A model generated the notes under the pieces. The model searched no databases, was not told where the DNA came from, and worked only from the letters and a program-made list of their open reading frames with translations. From assembly GCA_036267195.1 (NCBI GenBank), contig DATAWM010000018.1, positions 2,477 through 66,476 of the forward strand: a stretch of 64,000 bases of DNA, in the 5' to 3' direction. Position numbers and translations under genes: made by a program. Of this stretch, positions 9,296 through 19,106 are shown one piece after another; position 1 is the stretch's first letter; each line of letters begins with the position of its first letter. Source of the DNA: Steroidobacteraceae bacterium. GTDB taxonomy: Bacteria; Pseudomonadota; Gammaproteobacteria; Steroidobacterales; Steroidobacteraceae.

Positions 9296-10927
9296 ATGAG
9301 CGCCTATACCGCACTGTACCGTACCTGGCGGCCGCGCAGCTTCGCCGAGATGGTCGGGCAGGAGCACGTGCTGCGCGCGCTTGCCAATGCGCTCGAGAGC
9401 GGGCGGGTGCACCATGCATTCCTGTTCGCCGGCACCCGCGGCGTGGGCAAGACCACGGTCGCGCGGCTGCTGGCCAAGTGCCTCAACTGCGAGCGCGGCG
9501 TGAGCGCGACGCCCTGCGGGCAGTGCGGGAGCTGCCGCGACATCGATGCCGGCCGCAGCGTGGATCTGATCGAGGTCGATGCCGCCTCGCGCACCCGCGT
9601 CGACGATACGCGCGAGCTGCTCGACAACGTGCAATACGCGCCCACCAGCAGCCGCTACAAGATCTACCTGATCGACGAAGTGCACATGCTGTCGGCGCAC
9701 TCTTTCAACGCGTTGCTCAAGACGCTGGAGGAGCCTCCGCCGCACGTGAAGTTCCTGCTGGCCACGACCGACCCGCAGAAGCTGCCGGTGACGGTGCTGT
9801 CGCGCTGCCTGCAGTTCAATCTCAAACGCCTGTCGGTGACGCTGATCGGCGGGCGGCTGCGCCAGGTCCTGGAGGCCGAGGGGATCGTGTTCGAGCCGGC
9901 GGCGGTGCAACTGCTCGCCCAGGCCGGTGACGGCAGCATGCGCGATGCCTTGTCGCTACTCGACCAGCTGCTCGCCTATGGCGGCGGCCGCGTGCTCGAG
10001 GCCGAGGCGCGCGCGATGCTCGGCACGGTCGAGCGCGAGCACGTCGTGCGCATCACCGAGCTGCTCGCGCGCGCCGACGGCGCGGCGCTGCTCGAATACA
10101 CCGATGCGCTCGATGAGCTCTCGCCCGACTACGCAGAGCTGCTGCAGCAGCTCGCCGCGCTGTTCGAGCGCGTGGCGCTCAAGCAGCTGGTGGCCGGCTT
10201 CGGCGGCGATGAGCTGCATCCGCCCGAATTGCTCGAGCGGCTGGCGCAGCTGATCGGGCCCGAGGACGTGCAGCTGTTTTATCAGACCGCGATCCTCGGG
10301 CGGCGCGACCTGGCACTGGCGCCCGATGCGCGTACCGGGTTTCGGATGAGCCTGATCCGCATGCTGGCGTTCCGGCCCGCATCGGCGGGCGCGCCTGTGT
10401 CCGCGCCCGCGCCGCCGGCGCGCACTGCGGCCCCGGCTTGCGCCCCGCCCGCAGATGCCGGCGCTGCCGGCGCAGGTGCTGCTGGTGCAACAGCTGCGGC
10501 CGGCGCCAGGGCCGCGGGTGCGGAGCAGGACGCCGCGGCGGGACAGGATTGGCCGGCATTGATCGATGCGATGGGGTTGCAGGGAGCGACGCGGCAGCTG
10601 GCGGCCAACTGCGTGTGGCTCGGCCGCGAGGGAGCCACGGTGCGACTCGCGCTCGATGCAAACGTGCAATCGTTGCACACCGGTCCCAAGGCGGCCAAGC
10701 TCGAGCAGGCGCTCGCGCGCCACTTCGGCGCGCCGGTGCGGCTGCAGATCGAGCGTATCGACGGCCCACCGGACACGCTCGCACGCTCGCTGGAGCAGGC
10801 AGCCGCCGCACGTGCGGCACAGGCGCGCGCGGCCTTTGAGGCCGATCCGGTGGTCGGTGCTTTCACGGAACGCTTCGGCGCCAGCGTGCTGGGCGATTCG
10901 GTACGCCCGGTCGACTCGAACGAATGA
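9296..10927 (+). CDS. dnaX: DNA polymerase III subunits gamma/tau
   Basis: YRTWRPRSFAEMVGQEHV, Walker A GTRGVGKTT, zinc module CGQCGSCRDI, and DEVHML. There is an Ala-rich low-complexity linker before the tau C-terminal domain. Confidence 0.95.
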   Translation: MSAYTALYRTWRPRSFAEMVGQEHVLRALANALESGRVHHAFLFAGTRGVGKTTVARLLAKCLNCERGVSATPCGQCGSCRDIDAGRSVDLIEVDAASRTRVDDTRELLDNVQYAPTSSRYKIYLIDEVHMLSAHSFNALLKTLEEPPPHVKFLLATTDPQKLPVTVLSRCLQFNLKRLSVTLIGGRLRQVLEAEGIVFEPAAVQLLAQAGDGSMRDALSLLDQLLAYGGGRVLEAEARAMLGTVEREHVVRITELLARADGAALLEYTDALDELSPDYAELLQQLAALFERVALKQLVAGFGGDELHPPELLERLAQLIGPEDVQLFYQTAILGRRDLALAPDARTGFRMSLIRMLAFRPASAGAPVSAPAPPARTAAPACAPPADAGAAGAGAAGATAAAGARAAGAEQDAAAGQDWPALIDAMGLQGATRQLAANCVWLGREGATVRLALDANVQSLHTGPKAAKLEQALARHFGAPVRLQIERIDGPPDTLARSLEQAAAARAAQARAAFEADPVVGAFTERFGASVLGDSVRPVDSNE

Positions 10928-10944
10928 GATGAGGTGACGGTCCC

Positions 10945-11265
10945 ATGGCGAACATGAATCAATTCGTACGACAGGCGCAGGCGATGCAGGCCAACCTGCA
11001 GAAGGCGCAGGCGGAGATCGCGACGCTCGAGGTCACCGGGGAGTCCGGCGGCGGCATGGTCAAGGTCTCGATGACCGGGCGGCACGAGGTCAAGCGCGTG
11101 CAGATCGATCCGGCCGTCGCCGCCGAGGATCGCGAGATGCTCGAGGACCTGGTCGCCGCGGCGATCAATGATGCGGTGCATCGGGTCGAGAGTGCCACCC
11201 AGGCGAAGATGTCGGCGGTGATGGGCGGCATGTCGCTGCCGCCCGGAGTGAAGCTGCCGTTCTAA
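10945..11265 (+). CDS. ybaB: YbaB/EbfC family nucleoid-associated protein
   Basis: 106 aa, sitting between dnaX and recR (conserved synteny). Typical sequence ...[16 protein letters not shown]...[11 protein letters not shown]... Confidence 0.9.
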   Translation: MANMNQFVRQAQAMQANLQKAQAEIATLEVTGESGGGMVKVSMTGRHEVKRVQIDPAVAAEDREMLEDLVAAAINDAVHRVESATQAKMSAVMGGMSLPPGVKLPF

Positions 11266-11296
11266 AGGCCCAGGCGACCGGCGGCACGCAACGGCA

Positions 11297-11896
11297 ATGA
11301 AGCATTCACCGGCGCTGGAGGCCCTGATCGATGCACTGCGCACCCTGCCCGGAGTCGGGCCCAAGGGCGCGCAGCGCATGGCATTCCATCTGCTGCAGCA
11401 GGCGCGACCCGGCGCGCGCGCGCTCGCGCAGGCGCTGTCCCAGGCGCTCGAGCGCGTGGGCCGGTGCAGCCGTTGCCGCATGCTCACCGAAGGGGCGTTG
11501 TGCCCGATCTGCGCGCAGCCGCAGCGCGACCTGACCACGTTGTGCATCGTGGAGTCGCCGGCCGATGTCGTGGCGATCGAGCAGTCCGGCGGCTATCGCG
11601 GCCGCTACTTCGTGCTGATGGGACATCTCTCGCCGCTCGACGGCGTGGGACCCGACGATCTGGGAGTGCGCGAGCTCTCGCAGCAGCTCGACGAGGGCAT
11701 CGTCCGGGAGGTCATTCTTGCCACCAATCCCACCGTGGAAGGCGAGGCCACCGCGCACTTCCTGTCCGAGCTGATACGCGCGCGCGGCATTGCGGCCAGC
11801 CGCATCGCGCACGGCGTGCCGGTGGGCGGGGAGCTGGAGTACGTGGACGGCGGCACCCTCGCGCACGCGCTGGCCGGGCGGCAGGCATTGTCCTGA
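11297..11896 (+). CDS. recR: Recombination protein RecR
   Basis: [17 protein letters not shown] helix-hairpin-helix, C4 zinc finger [16 protein letters not shown], and a Toprim region [10 protein letters not shown]. Confidence 0.95.
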   Translation: MKHSPALEALIDALRTLPGVGPKGAQRMAFHLLQQARPGARALAQALSQALERVGRCSRCRMLTEGALCPICAQPQRDLTTLCIVESPADVVAIEQSGGYRGRYFVLMGHLSPLDGVGPDDLGVRELSQQLDEGIVREVILATNPTVEGEATAHFLSELIRARGIAASRIAHGVPVGGELEYVDGGTLAHALAGRQALS

Positions 11897-11935
11897 TCGC
11901 ATCCGCAGCGGCGCCGTGCGCGCCTGCGCGCGGCG

Positions 11936-12874
11936 TCAGCCGCGTACCCGCAGCCGATCGTGCAGCCGTCGCAAGCGCCGATAGCTCTCGTAGCGGCGCG
12001 CATCCAGGGCCGCACCGAGCGCGGCGCGTACCGCGCAGTCGGGTTCGTGCAGGTGGCGGCAGTCGGCAAAGCGGCACTGCGGGCCGAGCGCCTCGAGCTC
12101 GATGAAGCCGAGCGTGCGCGGCTCGAGCCGCTCCAGCGCCGGCGCAAAATCGCGCACACCCGGCGAATCGAGCAGCTCCGCACCCTGCGGCAGCTGGTAG
12201 AGCCGCGTCGCGGTGGTGGTGTGGCGCCCCTCCTGATCTCGCGCCAGCGTGCCGACGGTCGCTTCGCTGTCGGGGGCGAGCGCGCGCAGCAGCGAGGATT
12301 TGCCGGCGCCGGACTGACCCACGAGCATCGCGCACTGGCCGGCGAGCCCGGCCTGCAGGGCGTCGAGCCCCGTGCGTTGCAGCGCGGAAACCCGGTAACT
12401 TTGGTAACCGGCCGCGGTCAGCGCCTGCAGGGCCTGCTCGATGTCCGCGCCGATCGGCAGCTCGCTCTTGTTGAGCACCACGCCCGCGCCGATGCCGGCG
12501 CAGCGCGCCGCGGCCAGGTAGCGATCGACGATGAAGAAATCCGGCCGCGGCAGCGGGGCGAGCACCACCAGCAGCCGCGACAGATTGGCGGCGATCAGCT
12601 CGCTGCCGCCGTGCGAATTGCTGCGGTAGATCGCGCTACTGCGCGGCTCGGCCCCGAGCACATGCAGCTCGTCGTGACGCTCGTCGCGTCGCAGGCGCAC
12701 CCAATCACCGCACACCACCTGCAGATCGCGGCGCGCAGGGCGTGCGCTCGCCTCATGCTGCAGCCCGATCCGCACCCGCAGCAGCCGACCATGCGTGACC
12801 GTCACGCGCGCGCGCATGTCGGTGTCGGCGGCGTGAGAGCGGGCGGAGTGTTTGAGCGGTAAATGCACCGGCAT
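11936..12874 (-). CDS. rsgA: Ribosome small subunit-dependent GTPase A
   Basis: NKSEL (G4) precedes the P-loop VGQSGAGKSSLL (circularly permuted GTPase order). C-terminal zinc knuckle CRFADCRHLHEPDCAV. Confidence 0.9.
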   Translation of the reverse strand: MPVHLPLKHSARSHAADTDMRARVTVTHGRLLRVRIGLQHEASARPARRDLQVVCGDWVRLRRDERHDELHVLGAEPRSSAIYRSNSHGGSELIAANLSRLLVVLAPLPRPDFFIVDRYLAAARCAGIGAGVVLNKSELPIGADIEQALQALTAAGYQSYRVSALQRTGLDALQAGLAGQCAMLVGQSGAGKSSLLRALAPDSEATVGTLARDQEGRHTTTATRLYQLPQGAELLDSPGVRDFAPALERLEPRTLGFIELEALGPQCRFADCRHLHEPDCAVRAALGAALDARRYESYRRLRRLHDRLRVRG

Positions 12875-12916
12875 TCCTTGCTATGATGCCCTAACTTTGC
12901 GGGCGCCGAAGGCATC

Positions 12917-13465
12917 ATGCTTAATCACGAGCATCTCATCTGGATCGATCTGGAAATGACGGGGCTGCTGCCCCAGAGCGACCAGATCATCGAAATCGCC
13001 ACGGTGGTCACCGACAAGCACCTCAATATCATCGCCGAAGGTCCCGAGTTCGTGATCCATCAGCCCGACGAGGTGCTCGCGCGCATGGACGCGTGGAATC
13101 AGCGCCAGCACAGCAACTCCGGGCTGGTCGGGCGGGTGCGTTCCAGCCGCATGACCGCGGCCGAGGCCGAGCGGCAGACCTTGCTGTTCCTGAGCATGCA
13201 TGTGCCGCCGGGAGTATCGCCGATGTGCGGTAACAGCATCTGCCAGGACCGCCGGTTCCTCGCGCGGCTGATGCCCGAGCTGGAGCGCTTCTTCCATTAC
13301 CGCAATCTCGACGTCAGCACCCTCAAGGAGCTGGCACGGCGCTGGATGCCATCGGTGCTGAACGGCCTGCAGAAGCAGTCGGCGCACCAGGCGCGCGCCG
13401 ATATCAACGAGTCGATCAGCGAACTGCGCCACTACCGCCAGCACATGTTCGTCAACCCGTCCTGA
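12917..13465 (+). CDS. orn: Oligoribonuclease
   Basis: [15 protein letters not shown] exonuclease motif, [11 protein letters not shown], and H...AD at the C-terminus. 182 aa, as expected for Orn. Confidence 0.95.
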   Translation: MLNHEHLIWIDLEMTGLLPQSDQIIEIATVVTDKHLNIIAEGPEFVIHQPDEVLARMDAWNQRQHSNSGLVGRVRSSRMTAAEAERQTLLFLSMHVPPGVSPMCGNSICQDRRFLARLMPELERFFHYRNLDVSTLKELARRWMPSVLNGLQKQSAHQARADINESISELRHYRQHMFVNPS

Positions 13466-13520
13466 CGCACCGACAGTGCGGGCAGCCGCCCGGCGCGTAG
13501 CGCGTGTTATAGTCGGCGGC

Positions 13521-13997
13521 ATGTTCTGCGACGCGGACATCCGGGTGTCATGGCGCGCGCGACCGCGTAGCTTCGTCGCGCTGATGAGCCTGTACGAGAG
13601 CAATCACGTGCGTTTCCTGCAGCTGGCGGGCGACCCGGCGCGCCTGTGCGGTACGCTGATCTCGCGCGTCGAGGGCGACTGCGAGCTGCAGCTCGCCGTG
13701 CTCGGGCACATGCCCTATACCAGCATGCTGACACTGACCTACCTGCTGCCGGCGGCCGCTGCCGCCGGTCCATACTGTGAGCGATTACCGGATCTGAAGC
13801 TGCGGGCCTATCACGACGCGCGGCTGCTCGAGGTGGAGGACTCCTACCCGGTACGCGCGCCGCGCGCACGCGCAGGCCGCCCACCGGGAGAACGTGAACT
13901 GCAGCAGCGCTGGATGCGCAACATGATGCTAAATAAATGGCTGGAATACTGCGTGGAGCGCGGCCATCGGTTCACCCGGCATCGGATCCTCGACTAG
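13521..13997 (+). CDS. DUF1249 (YqiB-like) family protein
   Basis: LYESNHVRFLQL ... LNKWLEYCVERGH pattern typical of DUF1249. Start chosen at ATG 13521; the track ORF starts at 13476. Confidence 0.65.
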   Translation: MFCDADIRVSWRARPRSFVALMSLYESNHVRFLQLAGDPARLCGTLISRVEGDCELQLAVLGHMPYTSMLTLTYLLPAAAAAGPYCERLPDLKLRAYHDARLLEVEDSYPVRAPRARAGRPPGERELQQRWMRNMMLNKWLEYCVERGHRFTRHRILD

Positions 13998-14049
13998 CAC
14001 GCGCTGACGGCGGCGGTCGAGACCACGGCACGGTGGCCGACACGCAAGC

Positions 14050-15072
14050 ATGTCGCGATTCACACAAGCTCTGCGGTGGCCGTGGTTCGGCGCGGGCGCT
14101 GCCCGGCGCGGCATCGAGGATGACCGCGTACTGCATCTGTTCCGCAATCGCGCCGAGCTGAAGAAGGCTTACAGCGGCCTGCAGGACGAGGTGCATCGCC
14201 TCAAGGAGCGCGTCAAGCAGCAGGAAGGCGCGACCGCACGCGTGCAGGAGCTGATGCAGGGCCTGGAGGGGCGGCTCGGGCAACCCGACACCGCCTATCC
14301 GACGCTGGTGTTCTACCAGCTGCGCGAGCTGTGGGGGCTGGGGCGCAGCCTGCTGACCCAGTTCGTGGCCGAGCTGGCCGCGCAGCAGGAGGCGCGCGAG
14401 CGCCGCGCGTTCTTTGCCGAGCACAACCGCCGCCTGTTTGCGCGCCGCCAGGGCGTGGACGGGACGCTGCGCGACGCGGAAGGTCGCGCCGCCGAGGCCC
14501 GCGCCCAGGTCGCGCAGCTGGAGGAGCAGCTGCTGCGGCTGCAGCGCTTCTGGCATTACTTCAGGCGCCGGCAGCTGCGCCATCGGCTGCAGGCGGCGGG
14601 CCTGCAGTCGCTGCTGTGCGTGCAGGACCTGGAGAGCGCGCGCGCCGCCTGCGAGCAGCTCGCGGCCGAGGCCCAGCCCGAATTCCCCGGCCTGTCGGTG
14701 GACGCGCGCCGTGCGATCAACATCGCGGCCATCGGCTACGGCCAGGTGCTGTGCGAGCGGCTCGCGCGCACGCAGCTGCTGGAGATGGCACGCGAGGCCA
14801 TGTCGTTGCGTGAGCCGCCGCGCGAGGACTACGGCGAGCGCGCGCGCTGCGAGGCGACCATGATGGAGATCGCCGCGGCGCGCGGGCTGCTGCAGATACG
14901 CGCCAGTCTGACTCCCGAGATCAAGCAGCGCTCCGAGCGGCTGCGTGAGCTGGCCAAGTACCGCGGCGCGGCCGATACGGTGCCGACCGCCGAGAGTCTG
15001 AGCGCTCCGCTCGACGGCTCCAAGGTGCTGGCCGACGACCTGTGGGAGGTCTACCGGGTGCTGCTGCGCTGA
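14050..15072 (+). CDS. Hypothetical coiled-coil protein
   Basis: 340-aa ORF with coding-like codon bias and long Arg/Glu/Leu/Gln heptad-like stretches. I recognise no family. Confidence 0.6.
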   Translation: MSRFTQALRWPWFGAGAARRGIEDDRVLHLFRNRAELKKAYSGLQDEVHRLKERVKQQEGATARVQELMQGLEGRLGQPDTAYPTLVFYQLRELWGLGRSLLTQFVAELAAQQEARERRAFFAEHNRRLFARRQGVDGTLRDAEGRAAEARAQVAQLEEQLLRLQRFWHYFRRRQLRHRLQAAGLQSLLCVQDLESARAACEQLAAEAQPEFPGLSVDARRAINIAAIGYGQVLCERLARTQLLEMAREAMSLREPPREDYGERARCEATMMEIAAARGLLQIRASLTPEIKQRSERLRELAKYRGAADTVPTAESLSAPLDGSKVLADDLWEVYRVLLR

Positions 15073-17220
15073 TCAGGGCGTGATCAGCGGGGCGCGGCGC
15101 GCCTGCTGCAGCTGCGGTGCGGGCGTTGCCGGCAGGCCGGCATGCGCGGCGACATCGTCGGCCATGATGTCGACCGCCTGGGTGAGGACCACGTCCGGCT
15201 CATCGGTGGCCTCGATATCGGCGACCGATTTCAGTGCCGGCAACCCATGGGCGCTGCGGCGCAGATTCTCCTCGACCAGGCGCGTCTGATCCTGCATGGT
15301 GCGCTGCTGCTCGCGCACCTTGAGGTTGAGCGACAGCGTCTTCTCCTGGCGCGCCTCATCCAGCACCGCGAGGCTGGCGAGCAGCCACTGGTAGTCGGAG
15401 TTGTGCATCGCGCGCTCGCTCTGCTCGGCCGCGAGCGTCTGCACCAGCGAGCCGAACGGCGGCAATGCACGGAACGGCACCGAGGCGATGCGGTCCCACG
15501 GCAACGCGTTGTCCATCACGCTCTCGCCGACATCGGTCAGGCTGATCGGGGAGGGCAGCATGAGGTCGGGGGTGACCCCGCGCAGCTGCGTGCTCTCACC
15601 GGTGACGCGGTAGAACTTGCCGATCGTAACCGTGACCTGGCCCTCGACCGGTTGCGACGACCAGCGGTCCAGCGGAATCACGCTCTGCACGGTGCCCTTG
15701 CCGAACGTGGTCTGGCCGATGATCAGGCCGCGGTGATAGTCCTGGATTGCGCCGGCGAAGATCTCCGAGGCCGAGGCGCTGGTGCGGTCCACCAGCACGG
15801 ACAGCGGCCCGGAGTACGCCTGGCCGGAGTCGGGCTGATCGAGCACCTCGAGCTGTCCGGTGGTGTCACGCAGCTGCACCACCGGACCGTGATTGGTGAA
15901 CAGGTGTGTCAGCCCGATCGCCTCGGGCAGGTAGCCGCCGCCGTCGCTGCGCAGGTCGAGCACCAGCGCATCGACGCCGCCGGCCGCGGCGAGCTGCTGC
16001 AGCAAGCGGCGCACGTCGTTGGTAGTGCTGCGATTGGTGGTGTTGCCGCCGCCAGCGTCCTCCATATCGTTGTAGAAGTTCGGTACGGTGATGACGCCGA
16101 TCTTGTAGGTGCGGCCGTTACGCATGACCTCGTGCACCTCCTTCTTCGGCGCCTGATTCTGCAGCGTGACCTTGTTGCGCGTCAGCGAGAGCATGCGCTC
16201 GGGCGTACCGGGGGTGGCGCCGGCCGGCAGGATCTGCAGACGCACGACCGTGCCTTCCTTGCCGCGGATTAGCTGCACCACGTCATCCAGGCGCCAGCCG
16301 ATGATATCCACCAGCGGCCCGGTGGCGCCCTGGGCGACCGCGGTGATGCGGTCATTAGGCTTGAGCGTGCCGTCGGCGGCTGCCGGTCCCCCGGGCAGCA
16401 CGCCGGTGACCGTCACGTAGTCGTCGGTCTGCCCGAGCGAGGCGCCGATCCCCTGATAGCTCAGGCTCATCTGGATGCGGTATTCCTCGGAGCTGCGGGG
16501 TGAGAAATAATTGGAGTGCGGATCGTAGGCGGCGCAGTAGGAATTCATCAGCGCCTCGAACACGTCCTCGGGCGAGACCTCTCCGATCCGCCGCAGCACG
16601 CTCTGGTAGCGTTTGCGCAGCGTTTCGGCCGCCTGCGGCCAGGTCTTGCCGGTGAGCATCAGCGAGATTGCGTCGTTCTTGACCCGCAGGCGCCACAGCT
16701 CGTCCATCTGCTCCTCGGTCGCCGGCCAGGTCGCATGGGTGCGATCCACCGTCAGGCTCTCGTTGGTGTCCCAGTTTGGCTCGGTATCGAGCAACTTCAG
16801 CGCATAGGCGATGCGCTCGCGGTTGCGCTGCTGGAACACATTGAAGATCAGATAGGCCGGATCGAGCTGCCCGGTGTGGATCATGTCGCCGAACTCGTAC
16901 TTCCAGCGCTCGAAGCCGGTGATATCGCCTGCCAGGAAGTAATTGTGCTGTCCGTCGAGCGTGGTCAGGAAGTGCTGATACACCAGCGGCGAGAGCTGCC
17001 GGTCGATCGGGATGTGGCGGTAATGATTCTGTTCGAGAATGCCGGCAATGCGCGGCGCGAGCATGCGCTGCTGCGCTGTCGGGGCGACAGCCCCCGCGGG
17101 CAGCAAGCCGGTAGCGGCCGGCGCCCCCGAGGAGCCTGCGGCGGACAGTGCCAGGAGGGCTAGGGCGGCCAGCGCGAACGGCGCAGAGAGTTTGCGCCAG
17201 GACTGAGGCGTTTGCGACAT
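15073..17220 (-). CDS. prc: Tail-specific (C-terminal processing) protease, S41 family
   Basis: Signal peptide, PDZ region, and an S41 catalytic region DRTSASASEIFAGAIQDY...GKGTVQ. Size fits Prc. Start at ATG 17220, with TTG 17244 as an alternative. Confidence 0.9.
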   Translation of the reverse strand: MSQTPQSWRKLSAPFALAALALLALSAAGSSGAPAATGLLPAGAVAPTAQQRMLAPRIAGILEQNHYRHIPIDRQLSPLVYQHFLTTLDGQHNYFLAGDITGFERWKYEFGDMIHTGQLDPAYLIFNVFQQRNRERIAYALKLLDTEPNWDTNESLTVDRTHATWPATEEQMDELWRLRVKNDAISLMLTGKTWPQAAETLRKRYQSVLRRIGEVSPEDVFEALMNSYCAAYDPHSNYFSPRSSEEYRIQMSLSYQGIGASLGQTDDYVTVTGVLPGGPAAADGTLKPNDRITAVAQGATGPLVDIIGWRLDDVVQLIRGKEGTVVRLQILPAGATPGTPERMLSLTRNKVTLQNQAPKKEVHEVMRNGRTYKIGVITVPNFYNDMEDAGGGNTTNRSTTNDVRRLLQQLAAAGGVDALVLDLRSDGGGYLPEAIGLTHLFTNHGPVVQLRDTTGQLEVLDQPDSGQAYSGPLSVLVDRTSASASEIFAGAIQDYHRGLIIGQTTFGKGTVQSVIPLDRWSSQPVEGQVTVTIGKFYRVTGESTQLRGVTPDLMLPSPISLTDVGESVMDNALPWDRIASVPFRALPPFGSLVQTLAAEQSERAMHNSDYQWLLASLAVLDEARQEKTLSLNLKVREQQRTMQDQTRLVEENLRRSAHGLPALKSVADIEATDEPDVVLTQAVDIMADDVAAHAGLPATPAPQLQQARRAPLITP

Positions 17221-17445
17221 GCTGTGTGAGGAGCCTTTCGGCAACGGCGGCTAAGATATTGCCAAGTCTGACATCTTTGCAGGCTAGATGGCAGTCGTAG
17301 GGCAATTCAATCGGCGGGCAGGCCGATACGGCCCGGTCGCGCCTCCCGCACCGGTCTGGCGGCGCCCGTTCGGCCGAGGCCGGGCATCGGCGTCAGGAGC
17401 CGGCCAGGAGCCGGCGACCGGCGGCCGGGGCCGGGCGGCCCCCGG

Positions 17446-17676
17446 CTAGCCGCGCCGCTGCACCTTCCAGGGATCGCGCGGCTTGACGCCCATGTGGCTG
17501 TCGTAGGGGTCAAAACCGCGCGCGTGCTCGGCCTCCTCGTCCAGCAGCAGGCCGTCGCCGATGGTCAAGGCGAGTTTGATTTCCCGCAGGATGTCCTCGC
17601 GGCTGCGCCTCTGTCGCTGCCGCCGCTCGACGAATCCTTCGGTTTTTTCGTCAGCCGCCACGCTCATCCACTGCAC
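17446..17676 (-). CDS. Small charged hypothetical protein
   Basis: 76-aa ORF with an ERRQRQRRSREDILREIKL basic helix. No family assigned; the coding status is uncertain. Confidence 0.35.
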   Translation of the reverse strand: MQWMSVAADEKTEGFVERRQRQRRSREDILREIKLALTIGDGLLLDEEAEHARGFDPYDSHMGVKPRDPWKVQRRG

Positions 17677-17796
17677 CGCCGCATGCGACGCGTCCGCTCA
17701 GTATCGCCCGTAAGCATAGGTTGTCATACGCAGTGGCGCCCGTGCATCCGCGGGTCACGAAGTGAGATCCCGGTCACGTTCCCGCCGGGCCGCGCC

Positions 17797-18114
17797 TCAG
17801 TTATGTAACAAACGTCGGCCGCCGCGCAGCAGCCAGAACAGCAGGTAGGGCGCCAGCGCCACGAACCAGAATGCCTCGGAGCCCGCGCCGAGCCCGGCCA
17901 GGAAGTCGCGCCACAGGCCGAACACTCCGCCGTGCTCGTACGGCCCGAGGCTGACACGCCCGATCGCGAAGATCAGGCACGGCATCACCACGATGCCGAG
18001 GATCAGGCAGGCGGCCGCGCTCAGCAGCTCCCTGACGAGACCGCGCGAGCGCAGATGGCGGCCCGACGCAGGGTCCGGCGGCGGCTCCAATGTAGGGTCC
18101 GATCGAGTGTTCAA
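17797..18114 (-). CDS. Hypothetical small membrane protein
   Basis: 105 aa with two or three predicted TM helices (LLSAAACLILGIVVMPCLIFAI; FWFVALAPYLLFWLL). Confidence 0.5.
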   Translation of the reverse strand: MNTRSDPTLEPPPDPASGRHLRSRGLVRELLSAAACLILGIVVMPCLIFAIGRVSLGPYEHGGVFGLWRDFLAGLGAGSEAFWFVALAPYLLFWLLRGGRRLLHN

Positions 18115-18158
18115 CGCTTCAACCCCGTGAACGGCAGCTTAGGCATAATAGCTGCCGC

Positions 18159-19106
18159 ATGAGAAAAATCAGAGCGGCAGTCATCGGCGCCGGCTACCTG
18201 GGGCGCTTCCACGCCCAGAAGTACGCCCGAATTGCCGCCTGCGAGCTGGTCGGCGTGGTCGACATCGAGGCTCAGACCGCCGAGCGCGTGGCAGCCGAGA
18301 CCGGCACCCGCGCCTATCGGGACTACCGAGAGCTGCTCGGCCAGGTCGACGCGGTCAGCATCGTCACGCCGACACCGAGTCATTACGAGGTCGCGCTCGC
18401 CTGCCTTGCGGCCGGCGTGCACGTGCTGGTCGAAAAGCCGGTGACCGAGACGGTGGCGCAGGCGCAGAGCCTGGTTCGCGCGGCGCAGCAGCGCGAGCGC
18501 GTGCTGCAGGTCGGCCATCTCGAGCGCTTCAATCCGGTGATCCTGGCGGCCGAGCCGCTGCTGTCGGCGCCGCGCTTCATCGAGTGCCAGCGGCTCGCGC
18601 CGTTCCGCGAGCGCGGCACCGACGTGGATGTGGTGCTCGATCTGATGATCCACGACATCGACCTGCTGCAGATGATCGTGCGCAGCCCGGTCGCCTCGCT
18701 CGAGGCGATCGGCACTCCGGTCTTCTCGGGTGAAATCGACATCGCCAACGCGCGCCTGCGCTTCGACAACCGCTGCGTCGCCAATGTCACCGCCAGCCGC
18801 GTGAGCCTGAAGACCGAGCGCAAACTGCGTGTGTTCAGCGACGATGCCTATCTGTCGATCGATCTGCAGCAGAAGATCCTCACGGTCATCCGCAAGCGCG
18901 AGTCGGCCGAAGGCGCGCTGACCGTCGGACAGCTGCCGGTGCAGATCGAAGAGCGCAGCTTCGAGCAGGGCGATGCGCTGCTGGCGGAGATCGAGGCCTT
19001 CCTGGCCGCGGTACGCGGCGAGCGCACCGTGCTGGTCAGCGGTGAGGACGGCCTGCGTGCCCTGCAGACCGCCATCGCGATCACCGAATGCGTGCGCGCC
19101 GCATGA
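18159..19106 (+). CDS. Gfo/Idh/MocA family oxidoreductase
   Basis: N-terminal Rossmann motif KIRAAVIGAGYLGRFHA and the EKP motif LVEKPV. Confidence 0.85.
   Translation: MRKIRAAVIGAGYLGRFHAQKYARIAACELVGVVDIEAQTAERVAAETGTRAYRDYRELLGQVDAVSIVTPTPSHYEVALACLAAGVHVLVEKPVTETVAQAQSLVRAAQQRERVLQVGHLERFNPVILAAEPLLSAPRFIECQRLAPFRERGTDVDVVLDLMIHDIDLLQMIVRSPVASLEAIGTPVFSGEIDIANARLRFDNRCVANVTASRVSLKTERKLRVFSDDAYLSIDLQQKILTVIRKRESAEGALTVGQLPVQIEERSFEQGDALLAEIEAFLAAVRGERTVLVSGEDGLRALQTAIAITECVRAA

Noticed and set aside
9296-10927. Looked for a programmed -1 frameshift site (A AAA AAG type) that would make the gamma subunit of DnaX.
   Set aside because: I saw no slippery heptamer in the gene. A gamma subunit, if made, must arise in another way. 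No claim is made.
10282-11547. 421-aa minus-strand ORF spanning dnaX, ybaB and recR.
   Set aside because: It is antisense to three well-supported genes and crosses their intergenic gaps. Its composition is low-complexity Ala/Arg/Ser.
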